Source: Takakia lepidozioides
Taxonomy: Eukaryota > Plantae > Bryophyta
Direction: 5' to 3'
Assembly (NCBI GenBank): GCA_030704615.1
Contig: CM060734.1
Coordinates: forward strand, 50,344,001 to 50,408,000
DNA length: 64,000 nt
A model generated the notes under the pieces. That model searched no databases. It saw only the letters and a program-made list of their open reading frames with translations, and was not told the DNA's origin. The position numbers and the translations under genes were made by a program. Shown piece by piece: positions 37,751 through 50,335 of the stretch; position 1 is the stretch's first letter; each line of letters opens with the position of its first letter.

Positions 37751-40700
37751 CAATCGTGCAGGTACCACTGCAAGGTTGGGATCTATCCTCCCATCCACAT
37801 GTGGAAGTGACATGGCGCACAATTGCGCACATGGTCCTTCCATACCATGCCATCTCGACCCTCTAGAATCAGCACTCCTGAAGATAACACCTCCCGGACC
37901 CTTAGAATCACACGTCCTGCTGTGACATCCAAAGTCGTAGGCGTTGTCTGCTGCAGATACACATAGTCCCCAGGGTGGAAACGCCGAACACATGGCCGAT
38001 ATCCCCCTCCACGTAAAGTGGCGTACCTCAATGTGTCTCGGTGTTGGGCAATAGCAAGGTTCTCAAAAGCCTTAGGCATGACTCTCTTGAACAACTCTGC
38101 CCGCTAGGCACATGCTTGTGTCCACACATCCGGATCATCAAGGTTGAGGACTACTGCAGTCTCCCTGCGAATAGATGCAGGCAAATCTGGCTCTCGGCCG
38201 AAGAGAAGAAAGTAAGGTGAGAAGGAGGCAAGTGAAGCTTATTTGCTGAACCTATAGCCCATAGCTAGCCAAGGCAGTTGAAGGTCCCAATCTCCTAGGT
38301 GTCCCTTCTGCAAACCGTACTTGCGCAAACCTCTCTTGACTGTCTACACAACTCTCTCCGCCAAGCCATCAGCCTCGGGATGATCCCGAGAAGTAGTGCG
38401 GTGATCTATCAAGGCTTGCTCACACAAAGCCTGAAACTCCCCCAAGAATTCTCTCCCCTGGTCCGTGAGTACCTCGGCTGGAGCACCAAAATGACTAAGC
38501 ACTCGATCTAAGAATGCATACGCAGCCCCCTCACTTGCCTTGTCAGGCAATGCCACCAGTTCAATCCATTTGGAGAAGTGTTCCACCATCACCAGCACAT
38601 ACTTATTATGGCGAATCGTCAGTGGCAATGGGTCTGCGAAGTCAAGACTCCAACGATAGCCCAAACCCATAATGGGTAAAGGATGCAATTGTGGAGTAGG
38701 GGCGTTGAATGAAGCCCGCACTCTATCACACACCATACACCTTGCCACTAACTGTTGCACATCCGTGTGCATGCCCCGCCACCAATACTGCCCTTGCAAC
38801 AAATTATGAGTGCGCCGCACCCCAAAATGTCATAACTCCTCATGGGCATGGCGTACCAAATGCGCTCGTTGTGTTGGATGAGGCACAATCCTCACTTGTC
38901 CATCCTCCCATACTCGGAGTAGGTGAGTCCCCTCCCACTTGAACCTCTTGGCTCATTGTAGGATCCGATCACTTTCCTTAGCAGTCACATTGGCTGCTGT
39001 CTCTCTAGTACGAAGGTAGGCCAACACTGTTGCATCTTCATGCACATCCTTAGTACCACCAAGCTCCTCATTGATCTCCGGATTGTCATGCACACCATCT
39101 ACATGACCAATGCTATGGGATGGACCAGGTTGAGCTCCCATTGTTAGGATGCACAAAAAGGCAGATGCATGCCATCATGGCACCATCTCTTCATCCGTCT
39201 CACCATGCCACCGAGCTCCAGTATCATCATGCTCGCTCGTGCATGGATTACGACTCAATCCATCTACATCCCGATTGACAATACCGGCTTGATGCACCAC
39301 CTGAAAGTCGTATTTTTGAAGCATAAGTGCCCACCGTGCAAGCTTCCATGTAAGCTTGTTTGACTCCATCAACCACTTCAATGGTTGGTGATTTGTGACA
39401 AAGGTGAAGAGATTGCCATAGAGGTAGCATATGAAATGTGTCACTGTCCATACCGCAGCTAGACACTCCCCTTCATATGAGCTATACTTCACCTCGGCAT
39501 CATTGTTCGAGCGGCTGGCATATGTCACTACGAACTTTTTTCCCTCGTCATCCACATGTGTGAGCACTGCTCCAATTCCCAGCATACTCCAATCCGTATG
39601 TAGCTGGAAAGGCCGCCCCCGAATAGGCCGCCTCAGAATAGGTGCAGAAGTCAATCAAGCCTTGAGTTCCTCAAAGGCTTTCTCCTGTTCCTCTTCCCAC
39701 TGCCACTCCTGACCCACCTTGATCAACTTGGTAAAAGCCTTTGCAATGCTACTAAATCCCTTGACAAACCGTCGATAGTAGTTTGCCAATCCCATGAAAG
39801 CACGAACTCTGCTCACATCCATGGGACGTGGAATGCATGCAATGGCCTCCACTTTTGTCTGTTGAACACCCAATCCTCCAGGGTATATCATGTGGCCCAG
39901 ATACTCAATCTGATTGTGGAAGAACTTGCACTTTCCGGTCAACCCGTGCACTCTCAAGCACTCAAAACACCACCTGAAGGTATCTCTCATGCTCCTGAAC
40001 CGTAGCACTAAAGACGATGATGTTATCAATGTAGCACCGGGCAAAGTCTAGCCCCGCGAGAATCCTATCCATGACCCTCTGAAACTCTGCAAGAGCATTC
40101 TTCAATCCAAACGGTAAGAACCGCCATTGGTACAAGCAATCCTTCCCATGTTGGTCAATCCCCCAGAATGTCGTCTTTTGTTTGTCAGCCTCTTTGATTG
40201 ACAACTGGTGGTAACCGGATCGCAAGTCCAATGTGCTAAACACATTTGCATGCCCAATGGCATCAAAGATCTCCTCTGGAGTTGGCATGGCATATTTATT
40301 GTACTTAGTCTGATTCATAGGACAATAGTTCCCACACATCCTTCTTTCTGTCCAATTGCCATAGATATCCTTCTTAGCTGGCATCACCATTGCTGAGGCA
40401 TACTCCCCGCCTGATAACTCCACCAATCCAGCTTCGAACAACTCCATAGTCCGTGACTGGATCAATGACCTCTCCATGTCACTATACCGGTAGGGCCTTC
40501 GAAAGATTGGCGTGTCACTTGTCAAATCAATACGAATCTCCTGACCCTTCAAACTCCCCAAATCCTTGAAACCGAAGGCAAAGCAATTTCTATAAGCCCT
40601 TAGAAATCGCTGGATCCTCCGTCTCTCTCCTCCGGTGAATGTAGATCCAACATCTGGTTCCCAATTGTCCTTAGTGACTACAACCTTGGGTACACCAGGC

Positions 40701-41109
40701 TTGGAGGTAGGAGACGAATCATTTGGTTGTTAGATAGCAACCTCTTGGGCCTTGTCCACCCAATCTGACTGTGGCGTAGCCTCCACTTGCTCCGCCATAG
40801 CCACCTTGAGAACATCCTCTGAGCAAGAAACATTCTCAACCTCTTCAAAAACATTGGCCACCTTGGCCTCTAGCTGATCCTCAGTGTATGGCTCTCCCCA
40901 CTCCTCACATTGCTGCTTGAGAGATCCAATGACTTTCTTTTTCCGCATCTCATCCCACATCTGCCATGGGTGTTTGCACCCCATAATCCTATACTCGCCC
41001 CCACTCACTGCCTCCACCGTCCCGGTTGGCAGAGATGGTGCAATATCCAATGGAAGTGCAGAAGTAGCCACCAATGCTTGCAATCTCCGTTGCTCAGCCA
41101 TGCACAAGC

Positions 41110-42055
41110 CAATGACCCATGTCAAGCAATTGAGATCCATTGCCTAACCCAACACCTGGCGTCGTGATGCCTCTGACAGAGCTGGCACAGCTGTAGTGCC
41201 CGTGGCAAACCCCATTGCCCGTTCTCGCTCATCCGCATTGGACTCCACCAATTGTTGTAGCACACCGTCCCAAATCAACCCAGGACTATTGTCTCTAAAA
41301 GCATGAGACGAGGGAGAGCTCATGAGCGTAGGCAAGGCTGCACGTGGCTGCCCCACTCAATTTACCACTGCTAGAGGTGGACGGTCATCATGTCGCACCC
41401 TCTGTGGTTGCCTCCATTGGTCTAAAATGCCCTCAACCATGAGATTGGGTGGCCGTTGAATGGAATCATATGCTCTCTTGAGCAACTTTGGTGGTGCAAG
41501 ATTGGTCCACCACAATCGAGGTCGATGCGCGCGTGATCCCACCGCTGCTGCATCCAATAGCACTGCCGATTCAATCCAAGACCGCACTTGATGCACACTG
41601 GCCATAACCCTGGCCCGAGAGTCCCCCATAAGAGGAACATTCTCCAAGATATAGGCTAGAGGTTGCACTTGCCTCATCTGCAAGTCACGCAATACTCTCA
41701 ACATCTCCCAAAACAAATGCGATCGTGCATCATGCAAGCCATTCTCATGACATGCGAGAGAGTGTCCTTGGCAAGGTCATCCAGCTATCACCAAGTCAAT
41801 GGCACCATGCCGGTCCAAATCATCCGCCCCCAGCATGGTAATGTCTACTGGCAAGGCCTTTTGATACCCTTGAATTGCTGAGAGAGGCAGCAACTCAGGG
41901 TACTAGTGTGTGAGCAAGACAACGTGGCGCATAGAAATACGCCGAGTTATCTCATCCTTCTCCATATACCAGTACTTTTGTACTTTAATCCCAGCTTGCA
42001 ACAGTCCTGCAAGCCCAGTGCTCATGCCTCCAAACAGGTCTAGCAAACAAATCCC
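41110..42055 (-). pseudogene. C5 cytosine DNA methyltransferase domain (DNMT3-like) inside pol
   Basis: Motifs in canonical order: I LLDLFGGMSTG, II YMEKD, IV DLVIAG*PCQG, VI YILENV, VIII DAAAVGSRAHRPRLWWTNL, IX ERERAMGF, X RRQVLG*AMD. Confidence 0.92.
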
Positions 42056-44049
42056 TGAGTCAGGTGGTTGCCAGGTAATGGGCACTGTGTCCAAAGGAGC
42101 TAACTGAGGAGGTCCAGGTGATGTCACTGAACTCCCCTCACTCACCAATGGATAGGCCTCTTGCCATGCTTGGTGCACACACTCGTCTGCTATTCGATGC
42201 AAATTCCCAACTGTACCCCACAGTGGAATATGAATAGGCACATGAGGAAGCAAATCAGCCTTGTATGCCAATTGTTTGTCCTCATCAGGTGGTGGCCTAT
42301 CATCTGCATGGCTATTGCCCTCCAAGAGCTCACCACCCCAAGCCACCACCCCTGAGAATGTAGCCAATGTAGGCATGATGTTCCTATGATCCACCGCTAC
42401 ATTCCCAATAAACCGCACTGGGAGCAATGTACGTCGACCATCCCCTGACTGCCATTCCGGCCTATAGGATGTCATTTCCTCCCAAAAGTCCAAAGTAAAG
42501 CCCATCGGGTATAACACAGCCCCACCAACAAGCACATCATAAGACATCGCGTCCGTAACAATGGCTTTAGCTCTCATGACTGAGCCGTCCGTAGGATGAT
42601 CCGGCTGCAATCGAATGAAGAGCTCATGGCGTGTAATCCCTCGTGTCTTCCCTGAACCGCCCAAAGATGTTTGAATTTGGAAAGGGCAAGGCTCCAAATC
42701 CGCCTCTGTAAGGCCCAAGCCTGCAATTGCTGCTCTTCCCAACATCAATGGCTGTGCTCCTGAGTCCAACAAGACTCGCAGTGACTTACACCTCCTCCCG
42801 GATGGGCCACCCAACTGAAACACACCATCCTGATTGTCCACCAGGACTACCCCAGGAGTCACCATATTGCGCTCAATGGTTGGCCTAGCTGACAACTTCT
42901 GCAACCTTGCAGCTGCCGCTTGCCATGGCGCAACTGTGGTTGTCTTCACCCTTGAATCTAGGGCATTCATGCATTGCATCTTATCTGCTATCCCCGCAGA
43001 TAGTGCCGATGCATCACCACTCTCACATAGTACAGCAGCCAGTCTAAACACTGCAGCTAGCCGCATCCCCGACATTGCAATTGTCGTGGCAGAAAACAAT
43101 GGAGCTTGGCAAATTGCCGTAGCCGCCCCCAACAATGTACTGGCTGCACCTTGCTTTGCAGCACCACCCACTAGCATATCCCGAGCCACACTAACTCTCC
43201 CCACTGGCACTCGTGGCTCTACTTCTGACACACTTGGGCGAGCGGGTACCATCGATGGCGTAGTTGGCACTGTCTCAGCCAATGTGAAAGACTGTGGAAG
43301 CCTTGTCTGACGACTTGCTTCCCCCCTTTGTGGATCAAAATCCACATCTGCTCCTCTTGGCTCAGGAGCACGCATTGCTGCTCGAGTGACAGCAGCTGCA
43401 GAGTCCACATGCAATGGTTTTGCAAGTGCGACTCCACACATGAAGTCCATACCAATCTGGTCTTCCCTAGGCATAGGAGGTTGTGCAGGTGGGGCTTGAA
43501 CCTCAGGCCTTGGAGCTGGCGCAACATGAGAAGTGGCCATGGTAGCAAGACGTTGCTCTAGCTGGGCAAGCCTATCTATCATGCCTTGGTCATGACCTTG
43601 ACCGTGATCTTGTGCTCCTTGGTTTTGGTTACGACCTCCACCACGACCTTTGCCTCATCTACCTCTCTGGACTACATTGCCTCGTCCTCGGCCACCATTG
43701 TTCCCTTGGAACTAGCCTGGCCGTAGCTCAGGATGCAAGTCATAACAATGGGCCTCTTCATGCCCATACTTGCCACAATGCCCACATTGTAGTTGTGTAG
43801 GCTGTGCCTGTGCTAGCCCTTTGCCTCTTTCCGGGCAATCTCTCTTAACATGGGGTCCTCCACAATCCCAACATATCACACCCGACTGTTGTTGGCCTGA
43901 AAATGAACGAAGTTACCTTTGCAATTGAGATCCTCTCGGCCCTTCCCTAGGCTTCGCCTGAGCCCCCTTGTAGGAGCCCTACTTCGTTGTGTCTCCTTAC
44001 CAAACCCCACCATGACCACTCGCTCTTCCACCATGGAACAGGAGCTGGG

Positions 44050-44320
44050 AAGTCCACCCAAGCTCCTGTTGCAGCACCAACACCCGTGCCTGCCTTTAAC
44101 CCAGTTGTGGAGTTCTTCGAGGAGTTAAGGAGAAACTACCATGGGATAAAGACGGAAAAATTGCGGAGCTTGCAAGAGTTCCAGCGCAAGCCTACTGAGA
44201 GTTTGAGGGAGGCTTACACGCGCATGAGGCAATTGATAAATGTAACCCAAGGGGTTACGGAAACTCAAGTTGTCCAATTTTGGTATGGGATATTGGACAA
44301 GGAGCTGAGGAGAAGGGCAC
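44050..44320 (+). other. Inverted gag segment
   Basis: FFEELRRNY..LRSLQEFQRKPTESLREAYTRM..QFWYGIL is a retrotransposon gag core on the opposite strand to its flanks. Confidence 0.85.
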
Positions 44321-45609
44321 TTGACGTCCCACTGCTGCTTGCAGAAGCTGCCGGTGTAGCTGCCGGTGTCACCACTGCCCTTGTGCCTCTAGTGATGGAG
44401 ACATAGTCAGGTGACCAATACACCCGTCATTCCTCAATCTCCACCTCATGTTCCCACCTAAACTCATGGTAATCATCCATGGGCGGCCCCTCAAGGTGCT
44501 GAAACAGCCCCTTCCACGCCATAAAAGGCGTAAACAGTTGTGGATTGCGCATCTGTTGCAAATCACACCAACTTTCAAACTCTTGTATGAAGTCATCAAG
44601 CTCGATGGTGCCCACAGCTCCAGAGTACCTTCGTGGCCCCTTGGTAGCTCCATACATCTCCTCCATCGTGTCCCACAACAATGGCACGGAAATGGCTTGC
44701 ACCCTCGGCAAGAATCCTCCTAACTCTGAGTCTGAACCTTCCTCAGAAGACACTGAAGGTGAAGGTGGCCTAAACCGCACACCTCGTCTTGTATACCCAC
44801 TAGTATCGCTGGTGCTCGTACCGGCACTCTCCTCAGCAACTGGTAGCACCTCCGTGATGAAAACTCACAACCACACCTGTTGTAAACCTGTCTCTAATCC
44901 CCATTTCCACAAGGTAACCGGGTAGAGGTTCGTAACATAAACCTGCACCTGCATCCACCGCAAGCACTCATATGGTTTGCTGGTCATCAACCCAGCCTCA
45001 CCATAAGAGAAACAATGATGGTCTGATTGGTCATCACCCCAACCTCACCACTGACAGCACGCTCTAGGATTGGCCGGTGATCAAATCCGGACCAACCTCC
45101 TATGAAAACAAGCGCCCACACAAAGCTAACATGGCGCACAGTCAAGCATGCAGGTGTGGAGGGGATCCAAACACAAGAAAATCAATACAGCAACTCCCCC
45201 ACACCAAAAACACTCCACAATGTCGCTCCTGCAATGACACCCCAGCCCAAACCCGGACTGACTCTTGCCTCCACCTATGGAAAGGTTTTGGCCTACAGAG
45301 AGGGTGGAAGACTACAAGGAAGAGAGACTAAAGCAATTCCTATCACAACATGCTTTCATCCCACTACCCTATCTCCACACTCTCTTGTTTGAACAATAGA
45401 CAAGACTATTTTTCAAGGGTCTCTCAAATAACTCTCCAGGAGCCCTCAAGAATATGTCTTTCAAACAATCTCACTAAGGCTCCCAATCCTTGCACGATGG
45501 GACTCCAAAACAGTACACCAAGGCCCCAAGCTTGCCAAAACTTAGCCCTCAAGGACCCCAATAGTCCCTCACACAAGTCGCCAAAGACTCCTCAAGCTCG
45601 CCAAATATT

Positions 45610-46010
45610 GGCCTCCAAGGACCCCAAATAGTCCTCCAAAGAACTCCAAATGGTCCTCCAAGGACCCCAAACAGTCCTCCAAGGACTCCCAATGGTCCTC
45701 CAAACAGTCCTCTAAAGACCCCCAACAGTCCTCCAAGGACTCCTAATGGTCCTCCAAACAGTCCTCCAAAGACTCCCTATGGTCCTCCAAATGGTCCTCC
45801 AAGGACTCCCAATGGTCCTCCAAACAGTCCTCCAATGACTCCCAATGGTCCTCCAAATGGTCCTCTAAGGACCCCCTACAGTCCTCCAAGGACTCCCAAG
45901 GTCCTCCAAGGGCCCCAAACAGTCCTCCAAGGACTCCAACTGGTCCCCCAAGGACCCTAAATAGTCCTCCAAGGACTCCCAATGGTCCTCCAAACAGTCC
46001 TCCAAGGACT
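45610..46010. repeat. Minisatellite of 11-bp monomers forming a 33-bp higher-order unit
   Basis: ggactcccaat-ggtcctccaaa-cagtcctccaa repeated with variants. Confidence 0.9.
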
Positions 46011-48313
46011 CTTCCTATGTCACCATGTTCTCAATGTGTTCCCAAGTTCCCAATGGGTTCCCAAAGTTCCCTAGGAATATTCCCAAGAATATACCATAGT
46101 ATTCCCCCAATATTCCCCTGGATACCCAAACTTCTAGTCCTTCGGATGCTTCCCCTCTTCGAAGTCTGATCCTGTTTTTTGGCTTGTATTGCAGATCCTG
46201 AGTCTTTGGCTTTTGAAGAGACTCGTAGAGTTTTTGTAACTTCTGCACATGGTAGAATTCGCATGCAAGGTACTTTGAAAGAAAGTAAAGCTGGTTATGT
46301 ACATGTCTTGTACGCTGACCGTGCTATGGAATGGATTTCTATCAAAAATCTGATTGCTAAAGCATTTCTTGAATTTGGACTGGTACCACATGTTCAAGCT
46401 TTGGATCTTATTGTTTTTGGTTGGAAGCATCATAATAACATAGGGATGGATCGTTACCTCCCTGCTAGAGTGTTTCAAGACTTCTCTTTTGATGAGAAGA
46501 CCTCTTTCGAGACCTCCCTCCCTCCCTCCCTCCCCAATCTGGTTTTTGACTTGCCCATGAGCTTTTGCCGAGTACATTTCTGTTAATATGGATGAACAGA
46601 GGGCATTACTCCTATTTTTGCATATCCCTAATTAGGGTTCTGGATATGCATGAGGCACATGTCATAACCAGCTAGTGTTTCTTAAATGGTTGGGGCCCTC
46701 TAATAAACACCACCACCTGCTAGTTGGCTCTTCAAAGCCATAGGAGGTGGCCCTTAATGAGCTGGGTCTCTTTCCCCTACACCTTCCTTACTTCAAGAGT
46801 ATGAATAAAGAGAAGAGCAACTCAGCAATGTTCATCTCAAAGGAGGAAGGCTACTGCAAGAGGGAAGGAGGAGACTGACTACAATGGCCTCTTCCTCAAG
46901 GAACAGTCAGGTAGAAAGACTGAGCAAACAAGTTCCTCACTACTTCATTTGCAGCTGTTTCGCTACTGCAATGTTTTGTTTGTCATTTTAGACTTCAGCT
47001 CCAATCTCCTTTGTCTCTCATGGTGGACATGGATAACAACTAGGTGATACCGTATACCTGGGATTCCACAAGGGTCACTAACCTATTGGTTTTGTGGGGT
47101 GCTTGTGATGGGACCAGGTAAGGCCTCACCTTTGCCTTGATAGCTAGGAGTGGATGGAGTCTAATGACTTCTCCCAAGCCTGTAAATGAGGGTTGGCAGT
47201 TAAACATTGAGTTTGGTAACCATTTGAAGTGTATCTATGGGCATGATTGCTGTTTTTTCTTTGCTATGATGTTCATGTCCATCCTAGCTTTGAAATACTT
47301 AATCTAGCAACTAGGACTTTGGCTTAAGTAGTATCTGAAATGATAGTCATATAGTTGGACTGTCATTGTCATCTAATGTTCTTTTAGGTGGGAAGACCTA
47401 CATGGTATTCCCCACCCACCCACCCGGACTAAAGTAAGCAAAAAAAATGAGAAATGTATGGTATGATGAGGCCTGTTTCAGGCAGATGTGGTCTTTAAAT
47501 GAATGGACTGATTTGGTATAGTCAAGCCATTTCCTGTCTTGACATGACAGCATTAACCTATATATATATATATATATATTCTAAAATCTACATGGTTGAA
47601 AGTTGAGGTATCATTGAATATGTCAAGCAAGGTAGTTTGTTGGCCCTGCCTTCCTAAGGCAACACTACGCAAAGGGTTTTGATGCTTAGCACCAATATTT
47701 GCGATTAAGCTCCAAATTAGATCGAGATAGGTGTAATTGGAATATTCTGTTTGTATTGGTAATGAATGAAATTCCTTGGATGAATAGTTCCATGCACATG
47801 TGACAGATTGTGTTGACTAGGTAGATTTATGCAGCTCGTTACAGCAGGAAAAACTGCTGAGCAATTGAGAAGGAGTGTCGAGGGTTGTATCTTGTGGCTG
47901 TATTTCTCTTCTTTATCCAATGTGCAAATTCTGGCAGAGAGTGCGTAGTAAGGACTAGGAATTTCCATTGTAAATCATAATATATAAGCTTTTCTGCAAC
48001 TTTCGAGTTTGATCAATAGTGAACAATCCTGCGAGCCATTTCAATTCACGGAGTTACCAGAGGAGTGCGTTGAGACTGTTCAAGGGTTTAAATCAAGACC
48101 TATTTAACACTTTGATCAAGATATTTGCAGTCCCTTCAAGCAAACAACTTTGGGTTTAGTGGCGGAAAATCCCTATAGATGGTTTCTGCTGTCTATAAAA
48201 TTTACACTATTTCAAAGATCTATAGGTTTGCAGATTTGGGAACATGAGGTCCAACATCCAGCAAATATCAGTTTCTGATCATATGATGCGATGATTTCCC
48301 ATGACTTATATTC

Positions 48314-49171
48314 CACTACAACAGATCGCGGTAGTTATGACTGCCAAACCGTGGTAGTCATGGCTTTCATGACTTTGACCATGACTGCACCATGTTTTTA
48401 TATGAAATTAACCTCCCGCAGTCGTTCATACGACTGTAGTCATATGAACGACTATCTAAATAGTCGTCTGTATGACTACATGGCTCCGGAATGGACGGAA
48501 GGCTGGTCAACGGCAATTGACCAGATTTAGCTCACCATTCATAGTCATTTCCATGACTACAGTGTACATGGATGAGGTTACATAGTCATGATGACTACTG
48601 GGGATTTTGTAATTTGGTGTGTATAATACAATTAAAAAACCATATGATCGTATGAATGACTAATGGGTATATTGGTTAACAGGTAGTGAACTATAACTCT
48701 TATAGTAAAGAGGTTGCAGGTTCAAACTCCTCTAAGTACAATCAAATGGATAAGATGGCCTTAGGGTTAGTAGACAAGCTAGGGATAGCACGTGGTACCC
48801 TAAATGGACTGCCACGTGGTTTTTTCATTACTATAAAATGCATTATGTGACGTGGCACAATGCGGTGCGACACGACGTTTGATATTTTTTTTATTTTTTC
48901 AATTTTTTCAATTTAATTTAATTTAATTTAATTGTTTTTAATCAATTGCGCCTCGCCACGTGGCGCGGGAGCGGCGGCTGCAGTATGGTATAAATGACTG
49001 CTGTGAGAGATATCACTTGGTTCATATGACTGTAGTCATCCGGACCGTATCATCCTGTACTCATTGTATTGACTTGGTTTGCACGACTTACAGTCATAGA
49101 AGTCATATGTACCGTTTATAACTGCAGAATAGTCATATATACAGTCATAAATACCGCGATCTGTTGTAGTA
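48314..49171. mobile_element. Non-autonomous CACTA (En/Spm) element, 858 bp
   Basis: CACTACAACAGATCGCGGTAGTTATGACTG ... CAGTCATAAATACCGCGATCTGTTGTAGTA, a 30-bp TIR with 2 mismatches. It has a 3-bp TSD TTC and many ATGACT/AGTCAT subterminal repeats. Confidence 0.93.
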
Positions 49172-50335
49172 TTCAATACCAACTTGCTTTCAGCACCAAC
49201 ATCCATCCTCAATTTATCTTCCAACTCGTATTGCTTTCTATGCTCAGTCTATTCTCCAGATTGTCTTTGAAGTTACATTGATATTTAGCTGTGAATTGGA
49301 TCCTACAGTTGTAGATTGTTACATGATGATTGTAGAACCTGTAAATAATAGGTTTACAGTCTTCTATCAACACAATCACAGGCTTGACTCAAAATGGTGA
49401 GAGCATGACACTCTCTATTCATGCCTCTCTCTAGCGTTAATTTTGTTCAGCTTTACTTTACTAGATTCATTAAATTTCTCAGGTTCAAGCTCAAAAGTAG
49501 TGTTCCTAAAACTAATATCGTCTGGTGCTTTGAGGACCTCTATATGCTCAGTCTTATGAACAGGGCGTGCGAGCTGCTGCCAAAGCAAATCTCAAATCCC
49601 CATGGCCGCATTGGGTTCTTGAAAGTTCGACCCACTCTCTACATTGCAATGTACACTTGGTGTGCCTTGGTCGAGCCAAGACCAAGACCTCGACAACTCA
49701 CACTACCCACGTCATGCTGCCGCAACGTAACAACAAACATGGAAATGTTACGATCTTCTCAAAGATAGGTATGTTGGCTACCTTCCTTCCTTACTCTCTC
49801 AACAACATAGATCAGCAGTCTGAGCCCCCCATCGCTGCCCTCTTTAGCATTTCAAGCGACATTGCACGAGCCCAAAACCATCGGATTGTCGTTTGCACAA
49901 GCTCGGCGATGCACATTTCATGATCCTAGTATGTATCAGCTCTCAATCCCTATCACTGCTCAATATTGATCAGGATGGCTCTTTCTCGCACGACTACCTT
50001 TTTGGTTTCACCCACTTCTTTAGATTCCCCCCCCCCCCCGGGAGGTCACTCCTTGTAAAACTTTGTGACCATCTGCGAACAAAGGGTATATAGTTGGGGG
50101 TATTATTATTATTATTATTTGGTACCCTTACATAATTTTGTAATGCGGATCTTTTATAGACACCATATTTTGAATTATAAAAAATACTATTATTTTATTC
50201 ACACCCAAATTTACTTTAAAGTATTATATAAAATTCAATGTGAATGGAGAAAATAAAACAGTAGCAGCACATGCACAACAAACAACAAAATACATGAAAT
50301 TTTATTCAAGCGGATATGACATAATGTCGTTCAGT

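Larger units (their letters stand above)
37060..44900 (-). mobile_element. Degenerate Ty3/Gypsy retrotransposon: gag(2xCCHC)-PR-DNMT-RT-RH-INT-PHD
   Basis: Gag 44849-43700 (CWDCGGPHVKRDC, CGHCGKYGHEEAHC). PR VLLDSGA near 42765. RT LDLRSGYHQ, LPFGLKNA, YIDN. RH LHTDWS, YEGECLA. INT SLDF, VLTDQG, GLAER. Many stops and frameshifts. Confidence 0.95.

Noticed and set aside
44990-45110. Primer-binding site and 5' LTR of the Gypsy element
   Set aside because: Several TGG-starting motifs occur, but none adjoins a copy of the putative 3' LTR.
45743-45982. 79-aa ORF with EDH/EDC repeats
   Set aside because: It is a by-product of the 33-bp minisatellite.
46150-47200. 135-aa ORF and downstream fragments
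   Set aside because: No recognisable motif, no ATG start, and the continuation is broken.
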